Positions 9,400-17,136 of a DNA stretch of 64,000 nt are shown here, piece after piece (positions within the stretch are counted from its first letter, which is position 1; each line of letters begins with the position of its first letter). A program made the position numbers and the translations under genes. The notes beneath the pieces were generated by a model that did no database searches, was not told the DNA's origin, and saw only the letters and a list, made by a program, of their open reading frames with translations. This DNA is from an uncultured Thermoleophilia bacterium (lineage in GTDB: Bacteria > Actinomycetota > Thermoleophilia > UBA2241), in contig CAVPCT010000009.1 of assembly GCA_963702475.1 (NCBI GenBank), positions 306,008 to 370,007 of the forward strand. Direction: 5' to 3'.

Positions 9400-9741
9400 T
9401 CAGGATGCTGAGCGTCTGAGGAGGTCGGCCGCACTCGCGAAGAGCCATTCGGTGCGGGTGCGACACGTGACTATCGTGGCCAGGTCGAGCTCGCCCGGCA
9501 GCTCTTCGTCGACGAACGCGGCCGCAAGGTCCTTGACGCGGATCGGCTCCTGGCCGCCCCTCTCCATCTCGGCCAGTTCCATCATCACGGCCACGCCCTT
9601 GCCGTCCCACTCATTGGGGACCACTGCGCACGAGAAGACGAAGGGGTGACCGTCGAGCTCGTATTCCTGGATCTCCCGCCGGCGCGCCAAAGAGACGGGA
9701 TCGGTTGCCGGGTCCCCGCTGCGAACCAGCCACTCGCTCAT
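9400..9741 (-). CDS. Hypothetical protein (113 aa)
   Basis: MSEWLVRSG start with GGGAGGA RBS; typical codon usage. Confidence 0.6.
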   Translation of the reverse strand: MSEWLVRSGDPATDPVSLARRREIQEYELDGHPFVFSCAVVPNEWDGKGVAVMMELAEMERGGQEPIRVKDLAAAFVDEELPGELDLATIVTCRTRTEWLFASAADLLRRSAS

Positions 9742-9956
9742 CGTGTCCTCCCGCTCGTTCGCTCGGCGCATCGCCCGCCTCGAGTGCCAGTGTGGAAGTG
9801 CGAGAGCGGAATCTTGTGCCGTTCTGGCGAATTCAGTGCCCTGTGGGGCCTTATGCGGTAGAGTACTGCGCAACAGGGTGCGGGAAGCGGCAAAACAGAT
9901 GTTCACTGTGTCCATCTATAAGCTACGCACTAGGCCATAACAAACAACATTGAGCC

Positions 9957-9986
9957 TTGATGCAGGGGTCGCGTATCTCCTATAGT
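9957..9986 (+). promoter_or_regulatory. Sigma70-type promoter for the mttB-corrinoid operon
   Basis: TTGATG (9957-9962), 18-nt spacer, TATAGT (9981-9986); AGCCTTGA at the -35 is shared with the mtbB promoter. Confidence 0.5.
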
Positions 9987-10254
9987 CGCGCTCACCACCG
10001 TCCATAACGGCGACACATCGAGAAGGCTCTGTGTACTGTCTGGGTGCACGGCCTTTCTCATCGCACGTTGTCACACTCCGGGCTTCGGCCCACGCGTCGA
10101 CCATGACGGGCCACGTTCCCACCGTCGACTGGATCGTGGCGCGAACCGCGCTCAAGGGAGGAGGCGGGATGACGAGATGAGGGCGAGCCCACGAGGCCCT
10201 GCGGCCGGGTTCGCCCAGAACCGCTATCTGCAAAGTGCGTAAGAAGGAGGCGGA

Positions 10255-11730
10255 ATGATTCGAAGTCAAAGGTCAGGCATCAACCACCAGGGCGGCATCG
10301 GCATCGATGTCTTCAGCGAGGATGAGAGGCAGGCCATCCACTGGGGCACCGTCGAGGTGCTCGAGACGGCCGGCATCTGGGTGGAGGACGACGAGGCCCT
10401 CGACCTGTTCGCCGACGGCGGCTGCAAGGTCGACCGCTCGACGCGCAAGGTGCGGATCCCGCAGCACGTGCTCGAGGAGTGCATCAGTTGGGCGCCCTCC
10501 ACGGTCACCCTCTGCGGCCGCGACCCCGCCAAGGACCTCGTCATGGAGGGCCGGCGGGTCGCGTTCACCAACTTCGCCGAGGGAGTGAAGGCCGTCGACC
10601 TGTACGACGGCAAGCTTCGCCCGACCACCAAGAAGGACGTCGGCGACCTCGCCCGTCTCGTCGACGCGCTCTCCGACATCGAGGTCTACACGATCGCGGT
10701 GACGGCCACCGACGTGCCCCCGGAGGTCGCCGAGGCGCACCTCATCGAGCAGTCGTTGCTGAACACGACGAAGCCCATCTGCAGCCTGGCCCTCGCCCAT
10801 CACGGCGCCCGCCTCCACATCGACGCCGCGGCCGCCGTGGTCGGCGGCCACGACAAGCTGGCCGACCGGCCGATGCTGCTCTTCCTCAGCTGCCCGGTCA
10901 GCCCGCTCAAGCTCATGGGCGAGTTCAGCGGGTGCATCATCGAGGCGGCCCGCGCCCATCAGGTCGCGATGCCGCTATCGATGGCCATGTCAGGCGGCTC
11001 CGCCCCGGTCACCCTGGCCGGCACCATGGTCACGCACAACGCCGAGGTGCTCGCCGGCATCGTCCTGGCGCAGCTCGCCGAGAAGGGCGCCAAGTGCGTC
11101 TACGGCACCTCCACCACCGCCTTCGACCTGCAGCGCGCGGCCGCGACCGTGGGCACCCCGGAGCTCGGCCTCATCAGCGCGGCCGTGGCCGAGATGGGCC
11201 GCTACTATGGCCTGCCGACCTACGGCGCCGGGTTGTAGAGCGATTCCAAGCTCGGCGGCGACGCCCAGGTCGCGCACGAGAAGACCGTCACCGGCCTCCT
11301 GCCAGCGTTGGGAGGGCTCAACCTGATCTATGGAGCCGGGATGATCGAGTCGGGCGTCACCATCGACTACGGCACGCTCGTCATGGACAACGACATCGCC
11401 CGTATCTGCAAGTACGTCCTGCGTGGCATCCCCACGAACGACGCGACGCTGATGGTTGATGAGATCATCGAGGTGGGGTCCGAGGAGGACTTCCTCTCGA
11501 GGATGAGCACCCTGAAGCTGATGCGTGAACACCAGTCCAAGGCCGGCAACATCGACCGCCGCGTGCGCGAGGAGTGGGAGATGGACGGCGGCAAGGACAT
11601 GTACAGCCGCTGCAACGAGATGGCCAAGGAGCTCGTCGAGAGCCACACGGTTCCCGAGCTGCCGAGCGACGTCAAGGACCAGATCAGGGCCATCGTCGTC
11701 AAGGCCGAGAAGGACGCTGGAGTCGCCTGA
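10255..11730 (+). CDS. mttB: Pyrrolysine-containing trimethylamine:corrinoid methyltransferase (in-frame TAG at 11236-11238, codon 328)
   Basis: ORFs 10255-11238 and 11308-11730 share a frame. Read-through gives 491 aa with YYGLPTYGAGL-O-SDSKLGGDAQVAHEK...NLIYGAGMIESG, matching the Pyl site of MttB. Also SMAMSGGSAPVTLAGT and HNAEVL motifs; AAGAAGGAGG RBS. Confidence 0.95.
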
Positions 11731-11779
11731 GAGCTCAGCGCTCCGCAACGAACGCACGACGTGGAGGACATAGGATCCT

Positions 11780-12406
11780 ATGGCAGACTTTGACTCTCTC
11801 AAGCAGATGATCGTCGACGGCAACGACGCCGCCACGGCCGCCACCCAGGCGCTCGTGGACGGCGGCGCCTCCGCCCGCGATATCCTCGACAGCGCCCTGC
11901 TTCCCGGCATGGACATCGTCGGCGCGCAGATGAAGAGCGGCGACAAGTTCATCCCCGAGGTGCTGCTCAGCGCCCGCACCATGCAGGGCTGCCTCGACAT
12001 CATCAAGCCGCTTCTTGGTGAGGGCGGCGGCTCCCTCGGCACGGTCGTCATCGCCACCGTCGAGGGCGACATGCACGACATCGGCAAGAACCTCGTCGCC
12101 ATGCTGCTCAGCGGCGCCGGCTTCGAGGTCGTCAACCTCGGCAAGGGCATCACCTGCGCCGACATGGTCGCCGCCTGCAAAGAGCACGACGCCGACATCC
12201 TCGGCATGAGCGGCCTGCTGACCACCACCATCCCCAAGATGCCCGAGACCATCCAGGCCCTCAAGGACGCCGGCCTGCGCGACAAGGTCAAGGTCATCGT
12301 CGGCGGCGCCCCGGTCAGTGCCGAGTGGGCCGCCGAGGTGGGCGCCGACGCCTACGGTGCCAACGCGTCCCTCGGCGTCGAGAAGTGCAAGGAGCTCATG
12401 GGCTGA
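11780..12406 (+). CDS. mttC: Methyltransferase cognate corrinoid protein (MttC-like)
   Basis: GDMHDIGKNLV, SGLLTTT, IVGGAP motifs; directly after mttB. Confidence 0.9.
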   Translation: MADFDSLKQMIVDGNDAATAATQALVDGGASARDILDSALLPGMDIVGAQMKSGDKFIPEVLLSARTMQGCLDIIKPLLGEGGGSLGTVVIATVEGDMHDIGKNLVAMLLSGAGFEVVNLGKGITCADMVAACKEHDADILGMSGLLTTTIPKMPETIQALKDAGLRDKVKVIVGGAPVSAEWAAEVGADAYGANASLGVEKCKELMG

Positions 12407-12455
12407 GTCCCAGCCCGTGAGGGCGGCCTCGCCGCCCTGGATGAGCTGCGTGACG

Positions 12456-12500
12456 GGGAGCGCCCCCGCCGCCTACCCGGCGGCGGGGGCGCTCCCTTGT
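12456..12500 (+). terminator. Intrinsic terminator after mttB-mttC
   Basis: GGGAGCGCCCCCGCCGCC-TACCC-GGCGGCGGGGGCGCTCCC perfect 18-bp stem, then TTGT. Confidence 0.75.
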
Positions 12501-12531
12501 CGTCCGCCTCCCCCGAAGCCACGAAACCCTG

Positions 12532-12559
12532 TTGACGCGCGCCGAGACCGACGTATGGT
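12532..12559 (+). promoter_or_regulatory. Putative promoter of the APC permease
   Basis: TTGACG (12532-12537), 16-nt spacer, TATGGT (12554-12559). Confidence 0.5.
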
Positions 12560-12752
12560 TCGTTGTACAAAGGGCAGGGGCCCACGCCGGGCCATGGACA
12601 CAAGGAGGATGCGACAGCCGAAGCAGACAAGGGACCCGGCCCCGCACGGTCTCGGCGACATGTCAAGGGCCCGGATGGGCACCGACGCCCTCAGCGCCAC
12701 CAAGGGCCAGGCGCCAGAGTGAACGTCAGGCAGCGTACGCACGGGGGAGAGC

Positions 12753-14363
12753 ATGGCACAGAACGACTACCTTGAAGGGTACTCAGAGGAGTACAAGGCA
12801 TCCCGGATGAACACGAACATGCGCCGCGACCTGAGCTGGGTCGGCGCTTTCTTCGTCGCCGCCGGAGTGCCCGCGCTGGTCCTCTTCCAGATGGGCGGCG
12901 TCTCCGGCATGACCGGGGCGGTTGCAGCGCTCGTCTGGACGATCTCGGTCCTCATCGGCTTCGTCGACGCGTTCACCTACGCGGAGATCGCCGGGCTGCA
13001 CCCCAAGAAGTCAGGCGGCACGGCCGTCCACGGCGCCACCGCCTGGATCCGCTACATCCGCCCGACGGCGGCCATCTCGCTGTGGTGCAACTGGCTGGCG
13101 TGGACACCGGTGCTCGCCATCGGCGCCGGCCTCGGGGCCTCGTATCTTCTGTCCATCTTCTACGCACCCGACTCCACGATCATGACGTGGCAGTGGACCA
13201 TTGCCGACCTGGGCTTCCTCAAGGACGGCCTCACGCTGCGTATCAACGCCGTGTTCATCGTCGGCGCCGTCATCATCCTGGCCGTCTGGAACATCCAGCA
13301 CTACGGCATCCTGCGCACCGCGCGCGTACAGACGATCCTCACCATCGGCGCCGTCACGCCGCTGCTGGTGCTCTCGATCGTGCCGCTGGTCACCGGCGAC
13401 GTCGTGATGAGCAACTTCTCGCCCTTCACGCCCGTCAACGGCGCCTGGGACATCACCGGCTGGGAGTTCTTCCTCGGGGCCCTCTTCATCTGCGCCTGGA
13501 CGACCTACGCCTTCGAGACCGCCGTCTGCTACATGAGTGAGTTCAAGAACCCGGCGAAGGACATGTCGAAGGCGATCATCATCTCCGGCCTGTTCTGCAT
13601 CCTGTGCTTCACGCTCATCCCGTTCGTGTTCCAGGGTGTGCTCGGCACCGAGTACATGCTGCAGGCCGACGTGATCTCCGGTGCGGCGGTGCCCCAGGCC
13701 TGGGCCGACGTCGTGAGCGCCGGCAGCTTCCTGACCAACGTCATCATCGTGCTCCTGTTCTTCACGGTGGTCGTCGCGATCATGACGGCCATGTCCGGCT
13801 CGTCGCGCACGCTGTTCCAAGGCGGGCAGGACGGCTGGCTGCCCAAGTACCTGTCGCACCTGAACAACCACAAGGTGCCCACGTACGCCATGTGGACCGA
13901 CCTCGGCGTCAACCTCGTGCTGCTGCTCATGTCGGACTACCTGTTCGTGCTGGCGGTGTCCAACTGCAACTACATGATCTTCAACTTCCTGAACCTGAAC
14001 GCAGGCTGGATCCACCGCATCGACAACGCCAAAGTGCCGCGGCCGTACAAGGCGCCGCTGCCCCTGTTCGTGCTCGGCGCCTGCTTCGCCTACTTGAACG
14101 CGTTCCTCCTCGGTGCCGGCGCGAACGCGTGGGGCTCGGGGACGCTCCTCATGGGCTGGATCACGGCGCTCATAGCACTGCCGTTCTTCTACTATCGCCA
14201 CTACGTGACGGACAAGGGCCAGTTCCCCAAGCACATGTGGGACGACCTGCTGCTCGAGGGCGAGACGGAGCTCGGGCCGACGAAGGCCGGCATCAAGCCG
14301 TACATCGCGGTGGCCGGCGGCCTGGCGTCCATGGCGCTCGGCTACGTCATCTTCTGGGTCTGA
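12753..14363 (+). CDS. APC-family permease, probable methylated-amine transporter
   Basis: 12+ TM segments; GVPALVL, YAEIAGL.P.KSGG, FETAVCY.SEFKNP, SSRTLFQ and RPYKAP motifs; lies next to mttBC. Confidence 0.88.
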   Translation: MAQNDYLEGYSEEYKASRMNTNMRRDLSWVGAFFVAAGVPALVLFQMGGVSGMTGAVAALVWTISVLIGFVDAFTYAEIAGLHPKKSGGTAVHGATAWIRYIRPTAAISLWCNWLAWTPVLAIGAGLGASYLLSIFYAPDSTIMTWQWTIADLGFLKDGLTLRINAVFIVGAVIILAVWNIQHYGILRTARVQTILTIGAVTPLLVLSIVPLVTGDVVMSNFSPFTPVNGAWDITGWEFFLGALFICAWTTYAFETAVCYMSEFKNPAKDMSKAIIISGLFCILCFTLIPFVFQGVLGTEYMLQADVISGAAVPQAWADVVSAGSFLTNVIIVLLFFTVVVAIMTAMSGSSRTLFQGGQDGWLPKYLSHLNNHKVPTYAMWTDLGVNLVLLLMSDYLFVLAVSNCNYMIFNFLNLNAGWIHRIDNAKVPRPYKAPLPLFVLGACFAYLNAFLLGAGANAWGSGTLLMGWITALIALPFFYYRHYVTDKGQFPKHMWDDLLLEGETELGPTKAGIKPYIAVAGGLASMALGYVIFWV

Positions 14364-14378
14364 GGCGAGGTGGCAGTG

Positions 14379-14819
14379 ATGGCATACAGCATCGTGGTGG
14401 GCTACGACGGTTCCGAGCACTCGGTGAGGGCGCTCGACGCGGCCATCGAGTGGGCGAAGCTCCGTGGTGACGCCGAGATCATGGTCGCCTGCGCGCAGCA
14501 CCGTTCGGCGCCGGGCGTGGGGTTCCGCGGCCTCGACTTCGGCGTGGAAGAGATGTGGGACAAGATGCAGGTCCGCATCGAGGCGGAGCTCGATGAGGCC
14601 GCGGCCCGTGTGAAGGCGGCCGGCATCGCGGTCGCCACGGCCTGCACCCCGGACCGCGCCGACGAGAGCATCATCAAGATCGCCCGCGACACGGGCGCGC
14701 AGCTCATCGTGCTCGGCGTCAAGGGCGCGGGTTCTGTGGAGAAGCAGCGCACTGCCGTGGGCTCGACCACGACGCGCGTGCTCCAGGAAGCGGGCGGCAT
14801 ACCCGTGCTGGTCGTCTAA
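14379..14819 (+). CDS. Universal stress protein (USP), paralog of 7855-8310
   Basis: MAYSIVVGYDGS...LIVLGVKG...VGSTTTRVLQ...PVLVV. Confidence 0.93.
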   Translation: MAYSIVVGYDGSEHSVRALDAAIEWAKLRGDAEIMVACAQHRSAPGVGFRGLDFGVEEMWDKMQVRIEAELDEAAARVKAAGIAVATACTPDRADESIIKIARDTGAQLIVLGVKGAGSVEKQRTAVGSTTTRVLQEAGGIPVLVV

Positions 14820-14848
14820 GGGCGCGACACCCCGCGCCCGCAGCGTTC

Positions 14849-14893
14849 GAGGCCGCGGCGAAGCCCAGCTCTACCGGGCTTCGCCGCGGCCTC
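14849..14893. terminator. 18-bp perfect inverted repeat between convergent genes
   Basis: GAGGCCGCGGCGAAGCCC-N9-GGGCTTCGCCGCGGCCTC. Confidence 0.7.
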
Positions 14894-15440
14894 CGGCGTC
14901 GCGGTCGCCGTTCTCCACGGACTCTTCGTCGTCGAGATCGTCGTCCTCGTCGTCCAGCAGCCCCCGCGCGTCAAGCCACTCCACCACGTCGCGCGCCCGC
15001 TGGGCGACGTCCTCGTGAGGGTCTTCTGCGAGCCACCTCAGGCCGTCGCCTGCCGGAGCGCCGATGCGCTGCAGACACTCGAACGCGAGGATCTGGAACA
15101 GGACCCTGACCCGCTCGTCCCCGTACTCGTCAAAGGCTCGCACCGCCGCCACGAGCGGGTCGACGGCCGGCTCGCCGAGCTTGACGAGGACGACGACGCA
15201 CTGATCCAGCATCTTGATGCTACGCTGCGGCAGCATCTTGCGGCGGCCGACGGCGTGATCCTGAGCCCAGACGGCGGTCTCGTAAAGGTACTCCACGAGG
15301 GCCGGCACGTCTTTGCGTAGCGACGCCAGAGCCGCGCGACCGACCTTGGGCTCCTTGGTGTACAAGGCCCAGTCCACCAGGCGCGGAAAATCGCCCTTGC
15401 GCCTCATCTGCTCGAAGTCCGGGCCGTCGAAGATGCCCAC
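14871..15440 (-). CDS. Hypothetical HEAT-repeat-like protein with acidic tail
   Basis: GTG at 15440 after GGAGG; MGIFDGPDFEQMRRKGDFPRLVDWAL, LVKLGEPAVDPLV, LQRIGAPA. Confidence 0.65.
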   Translation of the reverse strand: MGIFDGPDFEQMRRKGDFPRLVDWALYTKEPKVGRAALASLRKDVPALVEYLYETAVWAQDHAVGRRKMLPQRSIKMLDQCVVVLVKLGEPAVDPLVAAVRAFDEYGDERVRVLFQILAFECLQRIGAPAGDGLRWLAEDPHEDVAQRARDVVEWLDARGLLDDEDDDLDDEESVENGDRDAGGRGEAR

Positions 15441-15609
15441 ATCCACCTCCACGGCGATCCCCTGAGGTCCGTCGCCGCGCTCGCAGTGTACCGGCGCCCT
15501 GACCGGCACGCCAGTGAGGTATACACCCTCAGCGCCGGCCGGCGGGGCGGCAGTGGCGACGTCCCGGGCGTACCATGGATGCGAGAGAGGCGGAGACCGC
15601 GAGCCGCGT

Positions 15610-15638
15610 TTGACGCCAAATACCCCCATAGGTATGTT
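15610..15638 (+). promoter_or_regulatory. Promoter with CsoR/RcnR-type operator
   Basis: TTGACG-17-TATGTT with ATACC-CCCATA-GGTAT (15620-15635) spanning the spacer and -10, resembling the CsoR-family ATACC-N6-GGTAT operator. Confidence 0.55.
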
Positions 15639-15679
15639 GTCCCACAACCGCACGAGCGCTACCGAAGAGAGGAGAGGGC

Positions 15680-16024
15680 ATGCAAGGCCGCGTGGACATC
15701 GAGGCCGGGATCTGCCTCCACAAGACCTCGGCCGTGGCTTCCACGGACGACATGCGCATGGTGACCTTCAGCATGGAGACGACCTGCGCCAACATCGAGC
15801 GCCTCATGGAGATCGTGGCCAACGGCGAGGCGTTCGACGCGTACCACGAGATCGACACGCGCGTGGAGAGCGACATCGTCGCGGCGGGGAAGACGGCGCG
15901 CGTCTGCACCGACTGCGTCGTCCCCGTCTCGCTGCTCAAGGCCATGCGCATCGCCGCGGGACTGGCGATGGTCAAGGACGTACATGTCTCCGTGGTGGAG
16001 GGCGACCAGCCGGCTCAGAGCTGA
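15680..16024 (+). CDS. Small Cys-rich hypothetical protein (DUF6951-like)
   Basis: GIC.H.T, TTC.NI, CTDCVVP cysteine pattern; GAGGAGAGG RBS. Family assignment is from memory. Confidence 0.7.
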   Translation: MQGRVDIEAGICLHKTSAVASTDDMRMVTFSMETTCANIERLMEIVANGEAFDAYHEIDTRVESDIVAAGKTARVCTDCVVPVSLLKAMRIAAGLAMVKDVHVSVVEGDQPAQS

Positions 16025-16194
16025 CGCCCGCGCCGGTCTGTACGGCGGAGGGGGCGCCCGCGCTCCTTCCTGGCCTTGCCAGCGCTTGCCGGGCGGCCCA
16101 CAATACGCTGAAGCGCGAGCCACAGGGATCGGGTACCTGAGGCGCTCCGTCCCTGAGGCTCGCGCTCGTTCGTCCCCGGCCAGGAGGAGTGAGG

Positions 16195-17004
16195 ATGACG
16201 CCCGACGTCACAGCCGATGCCGCAGCCATGAAGGAGGCTTGGCGCGCCGCCGCCGCCGAGCACGGGTTCGAGCTCTTCGGAGCTGTCTCAGCCGAGGTGT
16301 TGGCCGAGGTGCCGTTTCCGCCCAACCGCTGCCTGGACGTGCCGGAGGGCTTCCTGCCGGGCGCGCGCAGCGTGCTCGTCCTCGGCATGCACATCTGGGA
16401 CCCCATGCAGAACGCCGTGGTCACCTCGGTGCTGCCCGATGGCGCCATACCCTTCGACGACGTGCCCGGCTCGCAGTACTACAACATGTACTACGAGCTT
16501 ACCGAGGCGCGTGCGCACCGCTTCTCCGAGACCGTGCGTGAGGCGGGCTACCGCACGGCCGTCACGCACTTCGTCCACGCCAAGGCAGCCGCCACGCTCG
16601 CGGGCCTCGGCTGGGTCGGCAGGCAGACGCTCGTGCTCACGCCCGAGCTCGGCCCGCACGTACGCTGGGCCTGCGTCGTGACCGACGCCGTGCTGCCATA
16701 CGACGAGCCCTTCACGGATGATCTGTGCGAGGGGTGCCCCGACCTGTGCATCAAGGCCTGCCCGACACAGGCCATCGCCCCTGGGCCGTCCAAGGGGGTC
16801 GAGCCCGGCAAGAAGGTCGACTTCTGGAAGTGCATCGTGCCGCAGGAGATGCTGGCCGAGCCCAACAAAGCCTGGGAGAAGTGGGCCGGCCACTACTCGG
16901 AACGCGGCAGCCACGAGTGCCTCATCTGCCTGGACGCCTGCCCTGTGGGCAGGGAAGAGCACGAGCGACGCGTGGCCGCGTACCGCACGAAACCGACGGC
17001 CTGA
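16195..17004 (+). CDS. Epoxyqueuosine-reductase (QueG)-like 4Fe-4S double-cluster protein
   Basis: LPGARSVLVLG, HAKAAATLAGLGWVGR..LVLTPELGP.VR, CEGCPDLCIKACP and CLICLDACP clusters. Confidence 0.8.
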   Translation: MTPDVTADAAAMKEAWRAAAAEHGFELFGAVSAEVLAEVPFPPNRCLDVPEGFLPGARSVLVLGMHIWDPMQNAVVTSVLPDGAIPFDDVPGSQYYNMYYELTEARAHRFSETVREAGYRTAVTHFVHAKAAATLAGLGWVGRQTLVLTPELGPHVRWACVVTDAVLPYDEPFTDDLCEGCPDLCIKACPTQAIAPGPSKGVEPGKKVDFWKCIVPQEMLAEPNKAWEKWAGHYSERGSHECLICLDACPVGREEHERRVAAYRTKPTA

Positions 17005-17014
17005 GCGGCCCGTC

Positions 17015-17055
17015 GGGGCGGCGCCGGAGGTCGTCAGGACCTCCGGCGCCGCCCC
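17015..17055 (+). terminator. Hairpin after the QueG-like gene
   Basis: GGGGCGGCGCCGGAGGTC-GTCAG-GACCTCCGGCGCCGCCCC. Confidence 0.65.
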
Positions 17056-17100
17056 CGATGAGCCAATGTGACATCGTCAAAGCCTGCGCTTTGCAGCGAA

Positions 17101-17130
17101 TTGACTTTGTGAGCGTGCATCACCTACTAT
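17101..17130 (+). promoter_or_regulatory. Strong sigma70 promoter of the ncRNA
   Basis: TTGACT (17101-17106), 18-nt spacer, TACTAT (17125-17130). Confidence 0.65.
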
Positions 17131-17136
17131 CCTCGT

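Noticed and set aside
9892-9905. LexA-like AAAACAGATGTTCA upstream of mttB
   Set aside because: Several mismatches to CGAAC-N4-GTTCG; SOS control is not expected here.
2724-11730. mtbB and mttB as nonsense pseudogenes or four separate genes
   Set aside because: Each TAG is the only interruption and lies at the known Pyl site with conserved residues on both sides.
12568-12711. CRISPR array interpretation of the spaced CAAGGG motifs
   Set aside because: The repeats are only 6-12 nt and degenerate, and no cas genes are present.
1997-17004. Selenocysteine (TGA) read-through in the glutaredoxin or other island genes
   Set aside because: Redox motifs use Cys and the TGA codons fall at natural C-termini.
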